DNA of 64,000 bases from an uncultured Candidatus Sumerlaeota bacterium (GTDB taxonomy: Bacteria; Sumerlaeota; Sumerlaeia; MWCT01; JAGHBZ01): the NCBI GenBank assembly GCA_964608095.1, contig CAZSMK010000026.1, positions 70,664 through 134,663 of the forward strand, in the 5' to 3' direction. Positions 19,818 to 28,784 of this stretch are shown one piece after another. Numbering within the stretch: position 1 is the first letter of the stretch; every line of letters begins with the position of its first letter. The notes under the pieces are model-generated. The model was not told the origin of the DNA. It saw only the letters and a program-made list of their open reading frames with translations, and searched no databases. A program made the position numbers and the translations under genes.

Positions 19818-20837
19818 TCAGAAATGGCGGAAGGTGGTGTCGGTAACGTCGATTCTGTTCTCTTTCGCATCGACGAAGAGCAGTTCATTGGATGTCGTTA
19901 CAAGCCCGATTTGACTGACACGGGTTTCAGGGCAGTGGCGCCGAAAAAGGTTGCTTACCTCAACCGGATCAGCTGATGTGGTGAAGAGCAGTTCATAGTC
20001 CTCGCCGCCGAAAAGTGCATAGTCCATCGCTTGTTTTCCTTGTTCCCGGCAATACTGCTCGAGCTCGTTCGATATGGGAAGGTTCTGAACAAAGACCTTG
20101 ATCCCCACCGTGCTGAACCGCTTGATCAATCCCAGCTCGTTATGCACGCCGTCGCTTATATCAATCATCGCAGGATCAGTGAGGTGTGTGACTATGGCTC
20201 TGCCTTCTGAAATCCGCGCCACAGGCATAAGGTGACGATGTACAAGATATGTTTCGACAGCTCCAGCGCCATAATTTATTTTACTCTGTAAGATTTTAAG
20301 GCCTGCCGCGGAGTCCCCGACAGTACCGGTGACATAGACATGGTGCCCGGGTTTTGCGGCGCTTCGTAACGGAAGAGGCTCGGATTTCGGTTTTTTTCCT
20401 ACAAGCATGACCGTAATCACCAGTCGCTCGCTCCTGACCGTGTCGCCGTTTACGAGCGCCACTTTGTACGTTTCTCCCTCGTCTACCAATCCACGATAGA
20501 TGTCTTCAACGATCGCGATCGCCATATGTTTCGGTGCAGCCAGAGAAACCAGATAAAACTCGGGTATCCCGCCCATAGCGGCGATATCGCTCAGATTGAC
20601 TGCAAGAGATTTCCTCCCCAGCTTATAGGGATCAAAATCGTTGACAAGAAAATGCGTCCCCTCGACGAGGGTATCGAGTGTGAGGAGGACGTAATCGGAG
20701 GCGTCGGGTGCGGGATCGATAACGGCGGTATCATCACCGAATCCAAGCGCAACTCGCTTATCATCGAGGGGGTAAAATTTCTTCAATCGGTCAAGCAATC
20801 CCCATTCGCCAATATCGGAGAGATTCTTTTCGCTCAT
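19818..20837 (-). CDS. thiL: Thiamine-monophosphate kinase
   Basis: AIR-synthase-related fold with DDTAVIDP and the family GD motifs. Last gene of a thiE-thiC-thiL operon. Confidence 0.8.
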   Translation of the reverse strand: MSEKNLSDIGEWGLLDRLKKFYPLDDKRVALGFGDDTAVIDPAPDASDYVLLTLDTLVEGTHFLVNDFDPYKLGRKSLAVNLSDIAAMGGIPEFYLVSLAAPKHMAIAIVEDIYRGLVDEGETYKVALVNGDTVRSERLVITVMLVGKKPKSEPLPLRSAAKPGHHVYVTGTVGDSAAGLKILQSKINYGAGAVETYLVHRHLMPVARISEGRAIVTHLTDPAMIDISDGVHNELGLIKRFSTVGIKVFVQNLPISNELEQYCREQGKQAMDYALFGGEDYELLFTTSADPVEVSNLFRRHCPETRVSQIGLVTTSNELLFVDAKENRIDVTDTTFRHF

Positions 20838-20843
20838 AGGCTC

Positions 20844-22145
20844 TTAATCTAATTCGTTAGAGATTTTTATTTTTTCCTGCGGTTTCGCCGCCTTCATGGA
20901 ACAGAGGTCGCCACACATCGTACACACATCGGTAGAATGAGGAACACGCGCGTTACGATACTCGCGAGCACGCTCAGGGTCCATGGCGAGAGAGAAGATC
21001 TTTTCCCAATCGCGCTCAGCACGTGCGCGAGATATTGCATCGTCCCACTCGCGTGCACCCCGGTAGCCTTTCTCGATGTCTCCTATGTGAGCCGCTATCT
21101 TTGACGCAATCACGCCCAGCCGTACGTCTTCAACGGTCGGAAGGCGGAGGTGTTCGGCAGGTGTGACGTAACAGAGAAAATCCGCGCCTGCCTGTGCCGC
21201 AACCGCACCGCCGACCGCACCTACGATATAATCGTAGCCGGGAGCGACATCCGTGCAAAGAGGACCGAGGACATAGAATGGGGCGCCTTTACACACTTTT
21301 TTCTCGATAAGGACATTCGCGGCAACCTCGCCGAGAGGAACGTGACCGGGTCCCTCGATCATAACCTGCACGCCTGCATCCACGGCGCGGTCCCGCAACT
21401 CGCTGATTACGACGAGTTCATCGATCTGGATCGAGTCGGTTGCGTCGTGAATGCAGCCGGGTCGCAGTCCGTCACCGAGACTGAACGTCACATCATATTC
21501 CCGGACGATGTCGATGATTTCGTCGTACGCGGTATAGAAAGGATTTTCCTCGCCATGAGTCCGCATCCAGCGAATGATAAACGAGCCGCCACGACTGACC
21601 ACGTCCATGATGCGCGACTTGCGCTCGATCTTTTCCAGCGCACGAAGCGTGACTCCGCTATGTATGGTGATAAAATCCACACCGGACTCGGCTTGACGCC
21701 TTATCACGTCCAGAATATGGTCATGCGTCATATCCTCTATCGCTTTGCCCGCGCGGAGCAGCTCGATTGCCACCTGGTAGATAGGCACCGTTCCTACCGG
21801 CACCGCCGACTCTTTTATCACCTTTTTCCTGATAATATCCAGATTCCCACCGATGCTGAGGTCCATAACCGTATCCGTACCGGCTTCAATAGCGGTGTCG
21901 AGTTTCTTCAGTTCTTCAACCAGATTGCAGTAATCGGGCGATGTCCCGATATTTGCATTCACTTTGGTGGCAAGACGCTCGCCTATACCGATCGGTTCAA
22001 TATCGTGCCGAATATTTTTAGGAATAACCACTCTTCCCCGTGCGATAAGGTCCCTGAGTTCCTCCGGCGAAATCTGTTCCTTTTCAGCGACTTTTTGCAT
22101 CTCAGGCGTAATTGTACCCTGTATGGCTGACTCCAGTTGTGTCAT
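20844..22145 (-). CDS. thiC: Phosphomethylpyrimidine synthase
   Basis: The C-terminal CTMCGDLCSMK Fe-S motif and conserved core. 433 aa. Confidence 0.9.
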   Translation of the reverse strand: MTQLESAIQGTITPEMQKVAEKEQISPEELRDLIARGRVVIPKNIRHDIEPIGIGERLATKVNANIGTSPDYCNLVEELKKLDTAIEAGTDTVMDLSIGGNLDIIRKKVIKESAVPVGTVPIYQVAIELLRAGKAIEDMTHDHILDVIRRQAESGVDFITIHSGVTLRALEKIERKSRIMDVVSRGGSFIIRWMRTHGEENPFYTAYDEIIDIVREYDVTFSLGDGLRPGCIHDATDSIQIDELVVISELRDRAVDAGVQVMIEGPGHVPLGEVAANVLIEKKVCKGAPFYVLGPLCTDVAPGYDYIVGAVGGAVAAQAGADFLCYVTPAEHLRLPTVEDVRLGVIASKIAAHIGDIEKGYRGAREWDDAISRARAERDWEKIFSLAMDPERAREYRNARVPHSTDVCTMCGDLCSMKAAKPQEKIKISNELD

Positions 22146-22180
22146 CTATCCCTCACCTTCTCGTTTACTTTTAAGATAGT

Positions 22181-22831
22181 TCAAGATTTATGTGCATTAA
22201 GGATTATGTCGTTGAGATTACGTGTAGCAGCAACGATATCAGTCGAGGTCATCACCGCTGAAAGCACTCCTATCAATTTCACGCCTTTTTCGAGCACCTT
22301 GTAAATATTGTCGGGAGTAATACCACCGGTGGCAACCATCGGGAAGTTGAGATTCTCCATCGCCCACTCGAGAATGGGAACCCCGAGCGTGGGGTACTCG
22401 GTCTCCTTATCGGTGCGAAAAATCGGGCCTATGGTCACATAGTCTACATCCCGTGTGCCCACGCCTTTAAGCATCTGGAAAAAATCATGCGTGCTTAAGC
22501 CGATAATTTTATCCTTGCCCATGATTTCGCGGGCTATATCAATGGGCATATCGTTCTGACCAAGGTGCACTCCATCAGCATCGATCTCCCGCGCTAAATA
22601 GGGATTCCTCTCTATAATGAGAAGTCCGTTGAACTCCCCTATTATTCCCTTGAGCCGTTTCCCTATAAGGAGAAGATCATCAAAAGGCGTCACTCTATCC
22701 CTTATCTGGATAATGCGTGCACCACCGACAAGCACCGCTTGAATCGTTTCCTCGTAGCTACGTCCACCGGCAAGGTTGATGTCGGTTATTACGTATAACC
22801 CCGGCTTCGATAATAACTCCTTGTTTGTCAT
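22181..22831 (-). CDS. thiE: Thiamine-phosphate synthase
   Basis: LYVITD, DGVHLGQND, IGLSTH, GPIF.T.TK and ATGGI motifs. 216 aa. Confidence 0.8.
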   Translation of the reverse strand: MTNKELLSKPGLYVITDINLAGGRSYEETIQAVLVGGARIIQIRDRVTPFDDLLLIGKRLKGIIGEFNGLLIIERNPYLAREIDADGVHLGQNDMPIDIAREIMGKDKIIGLSTHDFFQMLKGVGTRDVDYVTIGPIFRTDKETEYPTLGVPILEWAMENLNFPMVATGGITPDNIYKVLEKGVKLIGVLSAVMTSTDIVAATRNLNDIILNAHKS

Positions 22832-23253
22832 CTGATAGTTATTCCCAATTCTATTTCGTACTTACCTGTAAACCGTACACAAGGGAACGGCTGTCTGTAA
22901 CATGAGTAAGAAGTGGTCTTTATTCACTGATTTTCAGAGAAAAACACCTATAACCTTAAAGAAGAACAGCGCTTCCCTGAAGAAATTCTAAGAGCCTCTT
23001 CTGATAACCTCTAAATATTTATTTTCTCTCTTGTTTGGAGGAAAAGTCAAGAATGATGGGATTAAGGAGAATAACAGAGCACTTCGCGAAATAGGGGTTT
23101 TTTGAGGAGAATGAGCCAGTATATGTGGCGCGAGGTCTCACGCCGATACAAGGCGTAGACGCGTCTGCGCAGTCCAAGATTGAATTTCGGATAGCCTATC
23201 TTTGATCTCGTATTTGATACCATAGAATGAATTTCGTTTTGCTCTTCCGCCGG

Positions 23254-23276
23254 GGGTCGTTCGGGCCGAACGACCC
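23254..23276. other. Perfect 10-bp-stem hairpin (gggtcgttcg ggc cgaacgaccc) inside a duplicated non-coding module
   Basis: Read directly from the sequence. No T-tract follows on either strand. Confidence 0.6.
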
Positions 23277-23977
23277 TACTCGGCATTGAATAAAAATAGA
23301 TTAGTGTAGATAAGTGAAAATCCGTGGTTCGATCATTGTTTTAAAGATTTTTTATCCGGTTTTTTCGCACAAAGGGAAAAATCTTTGGGTGTCGGATCAT
23401 TTATATATATCAGCCTTTCAGGCTGAGGCTTGTGGGGGGAACGTGACCCAGGGCGAATGCCCGCCACGGCGCGTCTACGATTCGCTAAAGCGAAATCTTC
23501 GACCAGTATTTAATACCTTAATATGAATTTCGTTTTGAACTCTTGCCGGGGTCGTTCGGGTCAGAATGAAATTCTTTAAAAAAAGCACGACACCGATTTC
23601 GATTTCGATAGCGATTTCGATTATGCGCACCAATACTGTTGAAAAAGGATATGAGAAGAAATTTATTCGTGTAATTTGTGTAATTCGTTGTTGAAGAAAA
23701 GAGGGATTTTAGTTTGTAAAGAAATAAGTGTAGATAAGTGAAAATCCGTCGATACAAGCGAAATTTTCTTTATACATACTTTAACGCCGAGTCCGCAGAG
23801 AGAACCGCACGCAGAATTCGCAGAGAACTACATACAGAGACTAAAAAACTCGATAGCGATTCCGCTTTCGATTTCGATAGCGCGTACAACGCCAAGGGCG
23901 TGTACGAATGCGAGTACGAGTATGATTTGAATGACAAGCGGGGAGGGTTATTCTACAGTAAAGCGACAAGCGACTGC

Positions 23978-24046
23978 GAGTACGTGTACGTGTACGTGTA
24001 TGTGTACGTGTGCGTGTATGTGTATGTGTACGTGTACGATTAGGCG
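23978..24046. repeat. (GTACGT/GTATGT)n alternating purine-pyrimidine microsatellite, about 11 units
   Basis: The run gtacgtgtacgtgtacgtgtatgtgtacgtgtgcgtgtatgtgtatgtgtacgtgtacg. Confidence 0.85.
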
Positions 24047-24367
24047 CACGCTCACGCGTGCGAGTGATAAAGGGGAGGCTTATCCTACAGTACCGAAAAG
24101 GGGTGACAAGCGAGGACGCTTATTCTACATTTTTTTCGCTGAGGTAACAAGTTTTGAAAGCGTCCTGAAAGTGTCTCAACATCCAGCTCAAAGGCTAATC
24201 TTTTGTAGTAAAGAAGATTCGCAATGTCCTGCTGAGTCTTGTATGATGTGCTTCTCCCAATTTCGCGAATGACTCAGAATAACAAAAGAAGCTATGTAAA
24301 CTCATTGACTCATCCAACCTGACTATGATAAAAATAAATATATATTCCGGCTTTACATGATTGAGCT

Positions 24368-25813
24368 ATGCAATTGAAAAAAATCACATTCCTTACCCCG
24401 CCGGCACTGGTCAGTAAACTTGCGGCTGACCGCGTATTCGGGTGCAACTACGGCTATTATCCCGTACCTAATATTTTCATTTTAACCTGTGCGGCGGTTC
24501 TCGAGCAGGAAGGATTCACCGTCAAATACGTCGACGGCGCGATTGAAAAATGGACGGAAAACGATCTAATTGATTTCCTCAAACGAGACGACAGCGATCT
24601 CTATATCATTTATACCGTCTACCTGGCGAAAGAAACCGATCTAAAAACCCTGAAGTTGATCCGCGAATATAAAGGGAACATGCCGGTCATATTCATGGGA
24701 CCGGTTCCCACGGAAATCCCCGAAATGTTTATGCGGGATGATAACGTATTCGTGGTGCGTGGCGAACCGGAAATGACACTCAAGGAATTCACCCTCGCCT
24801 TGCAGGGCGGACATTCACCTGAAGGCATCAAGAGCCTTTCCTTCAGAACCAACGGCTCGATCAAACATAACGAGCTTCGATCCGTAGTCAACGATCTCGA
24901 TTCTTTACCTCTTCCTGCACGGCATCTCATCAAAAAGGGGAAATACTACAATCCTAAAATAGGGGTACAACCGTTTACGGTAGTGTTGACCTCCCGTGGA
25001 TGCAGTTATAAGTGCACTTACTGTGTTCCTTGTTCGCTCTCCTATGCGCGCGAGCTCGAGTATCGCTGCACGCTTGGTAGAAAACCACCGGTGCGTCAAC
25101 GCTCCGCAGAAAATGTTCTCACAGAAATCAGGCAACTCAAAAAAGAAGGATATCGCTCTATCGGCTTCATCGACGATCAATTTATCTGGGATGAGCAACG
25201 CGTGCTCGATATCAGCAAGGGACTCGAGGAGATTGACATCGAGTGGGGGTGTCTTGCTCGAGCCGACCGGCTCAACGAACGCCTTGTGCGCGCATTCGCC
25301 CGCGCGAAATGCCAATATGTGGATATCGGCGTTGAATCCTTCAACCAGCAAGTCCTCGACGATATCAAGAAGGACCTTGACGTTAACACCATATTTTACG
25401 CAATCGACCTGCTCAAGAAGTACAATATTACGGCGAAGATCAACGTGCTGATCGCCGCCTCACCGCTTGAAACCGAGGAGACCATCAAGGAAAATATCCG
25501 TATTATCAGACGACTCAAACCCGATTCGGTGATGTATGGCATTACGAATCCCTTCCCCGGCACGGTATTCAACAAAATCGCGCGACGGGAAGGCTGGATG
25601 CTTTTTGATGAGTACAAACCCGTGGACGTCCAGAAAGAGTGTATCATCTCGTACCCGCACCTGAGCAATCGCCAGATAGAACATCTCGCTCGTCAAGCCA
25701 ATATCCGCTTCTTCCTCTCGCCCTCATTTCTCGCTCAAAACCTCGCAAAAATACGCTCTCCCAAGGCGCTGTTCAACGCACTTGTAACTTTTAAACGTAA
25801 ACTCTTCGACTAA
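24368..25813 (+). CDS. B12-binding-domain radical SAM protein
   Basis: An N-terminal cobalamin-binding-like Rossmann region, then SRGCSYKCTYCV (CxxxCxxC). 481 aa. Confidence 0.8.
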   Translation: MQLKKITFLTPPALVSKLAADRVFGCNYGYYPVPNIFILTCAAVLEQEGFTVKYVDGAIEKWTENDLIDFLKRDDSDLYIIYTVYLAKETDLKTLKLIREYKGNMPVIFMGPVPTEIPEMFMRDDNVFVVRGEPEMTLKEFTLALQGGHSPEGIKSLSFRTNGSIKHNELRSVVNDLDSLPLPARHLIKKGKYYNPKIGVQPFTVVLTSRGCSYKCTYCVPCSLSYARELEYRCTLGRKPPVRQRSAENVLTEIRQLKKEGYRSIGFIDDQFIWDEQRVLDISKGLEEIDIEWGCLARADRLNERLVRAFARAKCQYVDIGVESFNQQVLDDIKKDLDVNTIFYAIDLLKKYNITAKINVLIAASPLETEETIKENIRIIRRLKPDSVMYGITNPFPGTVFNKIARREGWMLFDEYKPVDVQKECIISYPHLSNRQIEHLARQANIRFFLSPSFLAQNLAKIRSPKALFNALVTFKRKLFD

Positions 25814-25919
25814 AACGGGTTGTGGAATTTTAGGATAAAACACACCTATTCATGAGTGATTCTTTCTTACGCGCGCAAGAACTCTTTTTATCTTTATATT
25901 CAAAAAGGGGGATAACGAA

Positions 25920-26150
25920 ATGAATATCGTAAGAAGTGGGTCAGGTGCTTTATGGGTAGCGAGTATAGTCCTCATCGGAGTTGTTTTGATCGGCTGTCAG
26001 CGAGAAAACACATCCGCACAACACAAACCATCCGCAAAGACAAGTAATAAAAATGACATTGCCGGTATATACTTGACTACGAGGAGTACCGCACGCCACC
26101 TCCTTCTATCATTTCAACCCCTATCGCCAACTTTCTTGAGATTCAGGTGA
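25920..26150 (+). CDS. Short ORF with a lipoprotein-type signal (lipobox LIGC). It may be the frameshifted N-terminus of the following gene.
   Basis: The pattern hydrophobic helix + LIGC. The ORF ends 4 nt after the start of the next ORF, which is in another frame. Confidence 0.3.
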   Translation: MNIVRSGSGALWVASIVLIGVVLIGCQRENTSAQHKPSAKTSNKNDIAGIYLTTRSTARHLLLSFQPLSPTFLRFR

Positions 26151-27094
26151 GCATAAAGGTAATGAGCGTGGGCGCGGTATTCATGATGTTGCAAGGCGAC
26201 CGTGAAGCGGCGCTCGATATTCTTCTTGCATCCTATCATTTAGGTCAGATGATGAACAAAGATGATACGATACTTGCACACCTTATCGGTATAGCTGTCC
26301 GTGCTATTGCTACTGAAGGACTGGCAATCTATGCCCTTAATTGCTGCGAGAAGGTTGAAGAGGTTGAGCAATTGTGGGAACAACTCGAGCGGCTCGAACA
26401 AAATATCTACACTATTGACCGCGACACCTTGTTCGCTTATGAAACTCCCCTCGGCTCCTTGCTACCCGAAAGGTACCACCCTAATTACCTTGAAGCCATG
26501 GTGCGCCACAATGTGACCACCGCAAAGTTCGAGATTTTACGAACTGCCACCGCGGCATGGTACCGAGCAATCAAGCAGGGGAAGTTTCCGGAGACGTCCG
26601 AGGATTTTGCGTCCTTACTCCCTGAAGGACCTCCCGCAGACCCTTTCGATTCCGAACCTCTAAAATTTAGAACCGACGACGATCTGTTTGTCTGCTATAG
26701 TTATGGACCGGATGAAAAGGACAACCGCGCTGCCTTCGCGTACGACCCGACCAATGGGACTATCAGTCCGGGCGATATCTTCACGAACGTTCCTTTACAA
26801 AGAACGTACCCATTCCCACGAGATGGTATTCATGCCTCTTCGGCTCGGGAGGTCAGGGAAATATTCGCGCGGGGGCTTCCTCGGTACCCTTTTGCAAGTA
26901 CACGCGGTAAGCCGTTTGGGATCTCCAACACCAAGCCGGTGATGATATACAGTTTCGGTCCCGATGCCAACAAATGGGAGGCAAGAGAGCAGGGCAAGTG
27001 CTACGTCCCGGAAGTCCCTTACGATCCCACCAATGGCACAGTCTCTGAAGGTGATCTTTTCATGACCGTCCCAACCCCCGATAATACTCCTTGA
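26147..27094 (+). CDS. Hypothetical, probably exported, protein with a duplicated C-terminal YDPTNGT(I/V)S.GD(I/L)F motif
   Basis: 315 aa. The internal repeat sits at residues ~199 and ~293. No recognised catalytic motif. Confidence 0.4.
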   Translation: MSIKVMSVGAVFMMLQGDREAALDILLASYHLGQMMNKDDTILAHLIGIAVRAIATEGLAIYALNCCEKVEEVEQLWEQLERLEQNIYTIDRDTLFAYETPLGSLLPERYHPNYLEAMVRHNVTTAKFEILRTATAAWYRAIKQGKFPETSEDFASLLPEGPPADPFDSEPLKFRTDDDLFVCYSYGPDEKDNRAAFAYDPTNGTISPGDIFTNVPLQRTYPFPRDGIHASSAREVREIFARGLPRYPFASTRGKPFGISNTKPVMIYSFGPDANKWEAREQGKCYVPEVPYDPTNGTVSEGDLFMTVPTPDNTP

Positions 27095-27116
27095 AATATT
27101 GACGACCGCTTGATGA

Positions 27117-28649
27117 TTAAAGGTAGGTCCTGCGGGCAAGGGCGAGAACAAGGCGGTCGATCAATCCGACACGTATACTATGCCCGATGACGTCGGAATT
27201 GACAATAATAGAGAAAAACACCTCCTGTCCCAGCGGCGTGTTGACCACACCTGTTAGACTTGTGGCGACACCGAGGTAGCCGGTTTTGCCATGAATTCTG
27301 GGCGCTGCGTTACGCGCTTCTTCAGTGTCCTGAAACCGATTGGCAAGAGTGCCGCTCTCACCTGCCTTCGACAGCGAGTCGAAAAATATGTTACACTGTT
27401 CATAATTCCTCATGTAGCGAAGCACCTTGACGAGTTGTGCGGGTGGAACCCTGTTAAGCCATGACAATCCCGAACCGTCGATCATGACAGTACAGGGAAC
27501 GTAGATATTTTCTTTTTCAAGAAATGCAATGACCGCACGACACCCCGAAACGAACGAGCCTTCGCCCCTGATCTCTTTTCCCAACGTTTTCAAGACCTGC
27601 TCTGCATAAAAATTCTGACTCCGCTTGTTGATGACTTTGACAATCGACGCCATGGGGGGCGATACAAAGGTGTCCACCGTATATCTCTCATCATCTCGCC
27701 ATGTTTGATCCTCGCGTTCGTCGCCATCAACCGCTACTCCCTTTACCTCTATCCCGCCCTTCTCGATCGTCTCCTTGAAGACCGTGGCAAAATAATGGGT
27801 CGGATTGTAAATCGTTGCATAATCATATACATCTTTGCGTTTAGCCGGTATAGTCCCATGAGCGCGGATGATATTGGTCTTGTCTTCACGTTGGTATCCT
27901 ATCCGTAACCTGCCGTCCTTTTCGACAGTTTTTACCCCATTGATTATGGTCACATAAGAGGTCGGCGGATTAAGTTGAAAGATTCCAGGCAGCCCGGCTT
28001 TTCTTGCCCCTTCCCATTCTAAATCAATGCAGTTGTCATTAAATGAGAGGGCGGACACTTCCGCACAATACCATTCCCCACGCTCGCCCTTCGGCCACCC
28101 GTTTCCAAAGTATTCATCATCAAAATAGTCATCCTCGCCGATGATGTATCCGTAGATTTTCCGTATCCCCAGTTGCTTGAGCTCATCAACCCAGTTTTCG
28201 AAAATCCAGAGATGATCGCGGGTGTCGCCATCAGGATTGAACCTTCCGGAGATAGTCGGGTCACCGCTACCCGTCACTATCAAATTCCCGTGAAGTACCT
28301 TGTCCTCAATCCTTCCCGTATGGCTGAGTTTCGTCTTGTAACAATACTCGGAACCAAGATAATAAAGAGCAGCGCTGGTGGTGAGTAATTTATTACACGA
28401 CGCCGGAATCAAAGGTTCATAGGCATTATGCGAGAAGATTTCTCGACCGGTTGCCGCGTCTATGACGTACATCCCGATCTTGCCTTCCTCGAGATCAACA
28501 GAATTAATAATTGACGCCAATTCCTCTGAAATGGTACCCGTAGTAATCTCATTGCACCATGCACCGGAGGCGGCGATTGAGAGAAAGGCGATAACGATCC
28601 AGAATATAGGTTTAATCCCTGCTGAATTTGTGGCATTATACTTCATCAT
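27117..28649 (-). CDS. dacB: D-alanyl-D-alanine carboxypeptidase/endopeptidase, peptidase S13 (PBP4/DacB family)
   Basis: It has a signal peptide, an SxxK active site (PASCNKLLTTSAAL) and PBP4 length (510 aa). Confidence 0.8.
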   Translation of the reverse strand: MMKYNATNSAGIKPIFWIVIAFLSIAASGAWCNEITTGTISEELASIINSVDLEEGKIGMYVIDAATGREIFSHNAYEPLIPASCNKLLTTSAALYYLGSEYCYKTKLSHTGRIEDKVLHGNLIVTGSGDPTISGRFNPDGDTRDHLWIFENWVDELKQLGIRKIYGYIIGEDDYFDDEYFGNGWPKGERGEWYCAEVSALSFNDNCIDLEWEGARKAGLPGIFQLNPPTSYVTIINGVKTVEKDGRLRIGYQREDKTNIIRAHGTIPAKRKDVYDYATIYNPTHYFATVFKETIEKGGIEVKGVAVDGDEREDQTWRDDERYTVDTFVSPPMASIVKVINKRSQNFYAEQVLKTLGKEIRGEGSFVSGCRAVIAFLEKENIYVPCTVMIDGSGLSWLNRVPPAQLVKVLRYMRNYEQCNIFFDSLSKAGESGTLANRFQDTEEARNAAPRIHGKTGYLGVATSLTGVVNTPLGQEVFFSIIVNSDVIGHSIRVGLIDRLVLALARRTYL

Positions 28650-28784
28650 CTTTGTCTATCCCCTTTAAAAAATTTGAAAGTTACTTTTACCCCATAATGG
28701 ATTTGCATTCAAAAAGATTTTTTCCTATAATAAAATTTGTAGTGAGTTTTGATTATTCTTTTTTGATAAGGAGAGGTTCTTTCC

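Noticed and set aside
22832-23300. TPP riboswitch upstream of thiE
   Set aside because: The conserved CUGAGA/ACCUGAUC/GCG.AGGGA elements were not found by eye on the coding strand. It is kept only as a finding to be tested with a covariance model.
23738-24272. ORFs giving CEYVYVYVYV / CTCTCMCTC peptides
   Set aside because: They are translations of the (GTAYGT)n microsatellite on either strand.
24060-24367. Cobalamin riboswitch upstream of the B12-binding radical SAM gene
   Set aside because: No B12-box-like GCCACTG or AGYCMGG core is visible.
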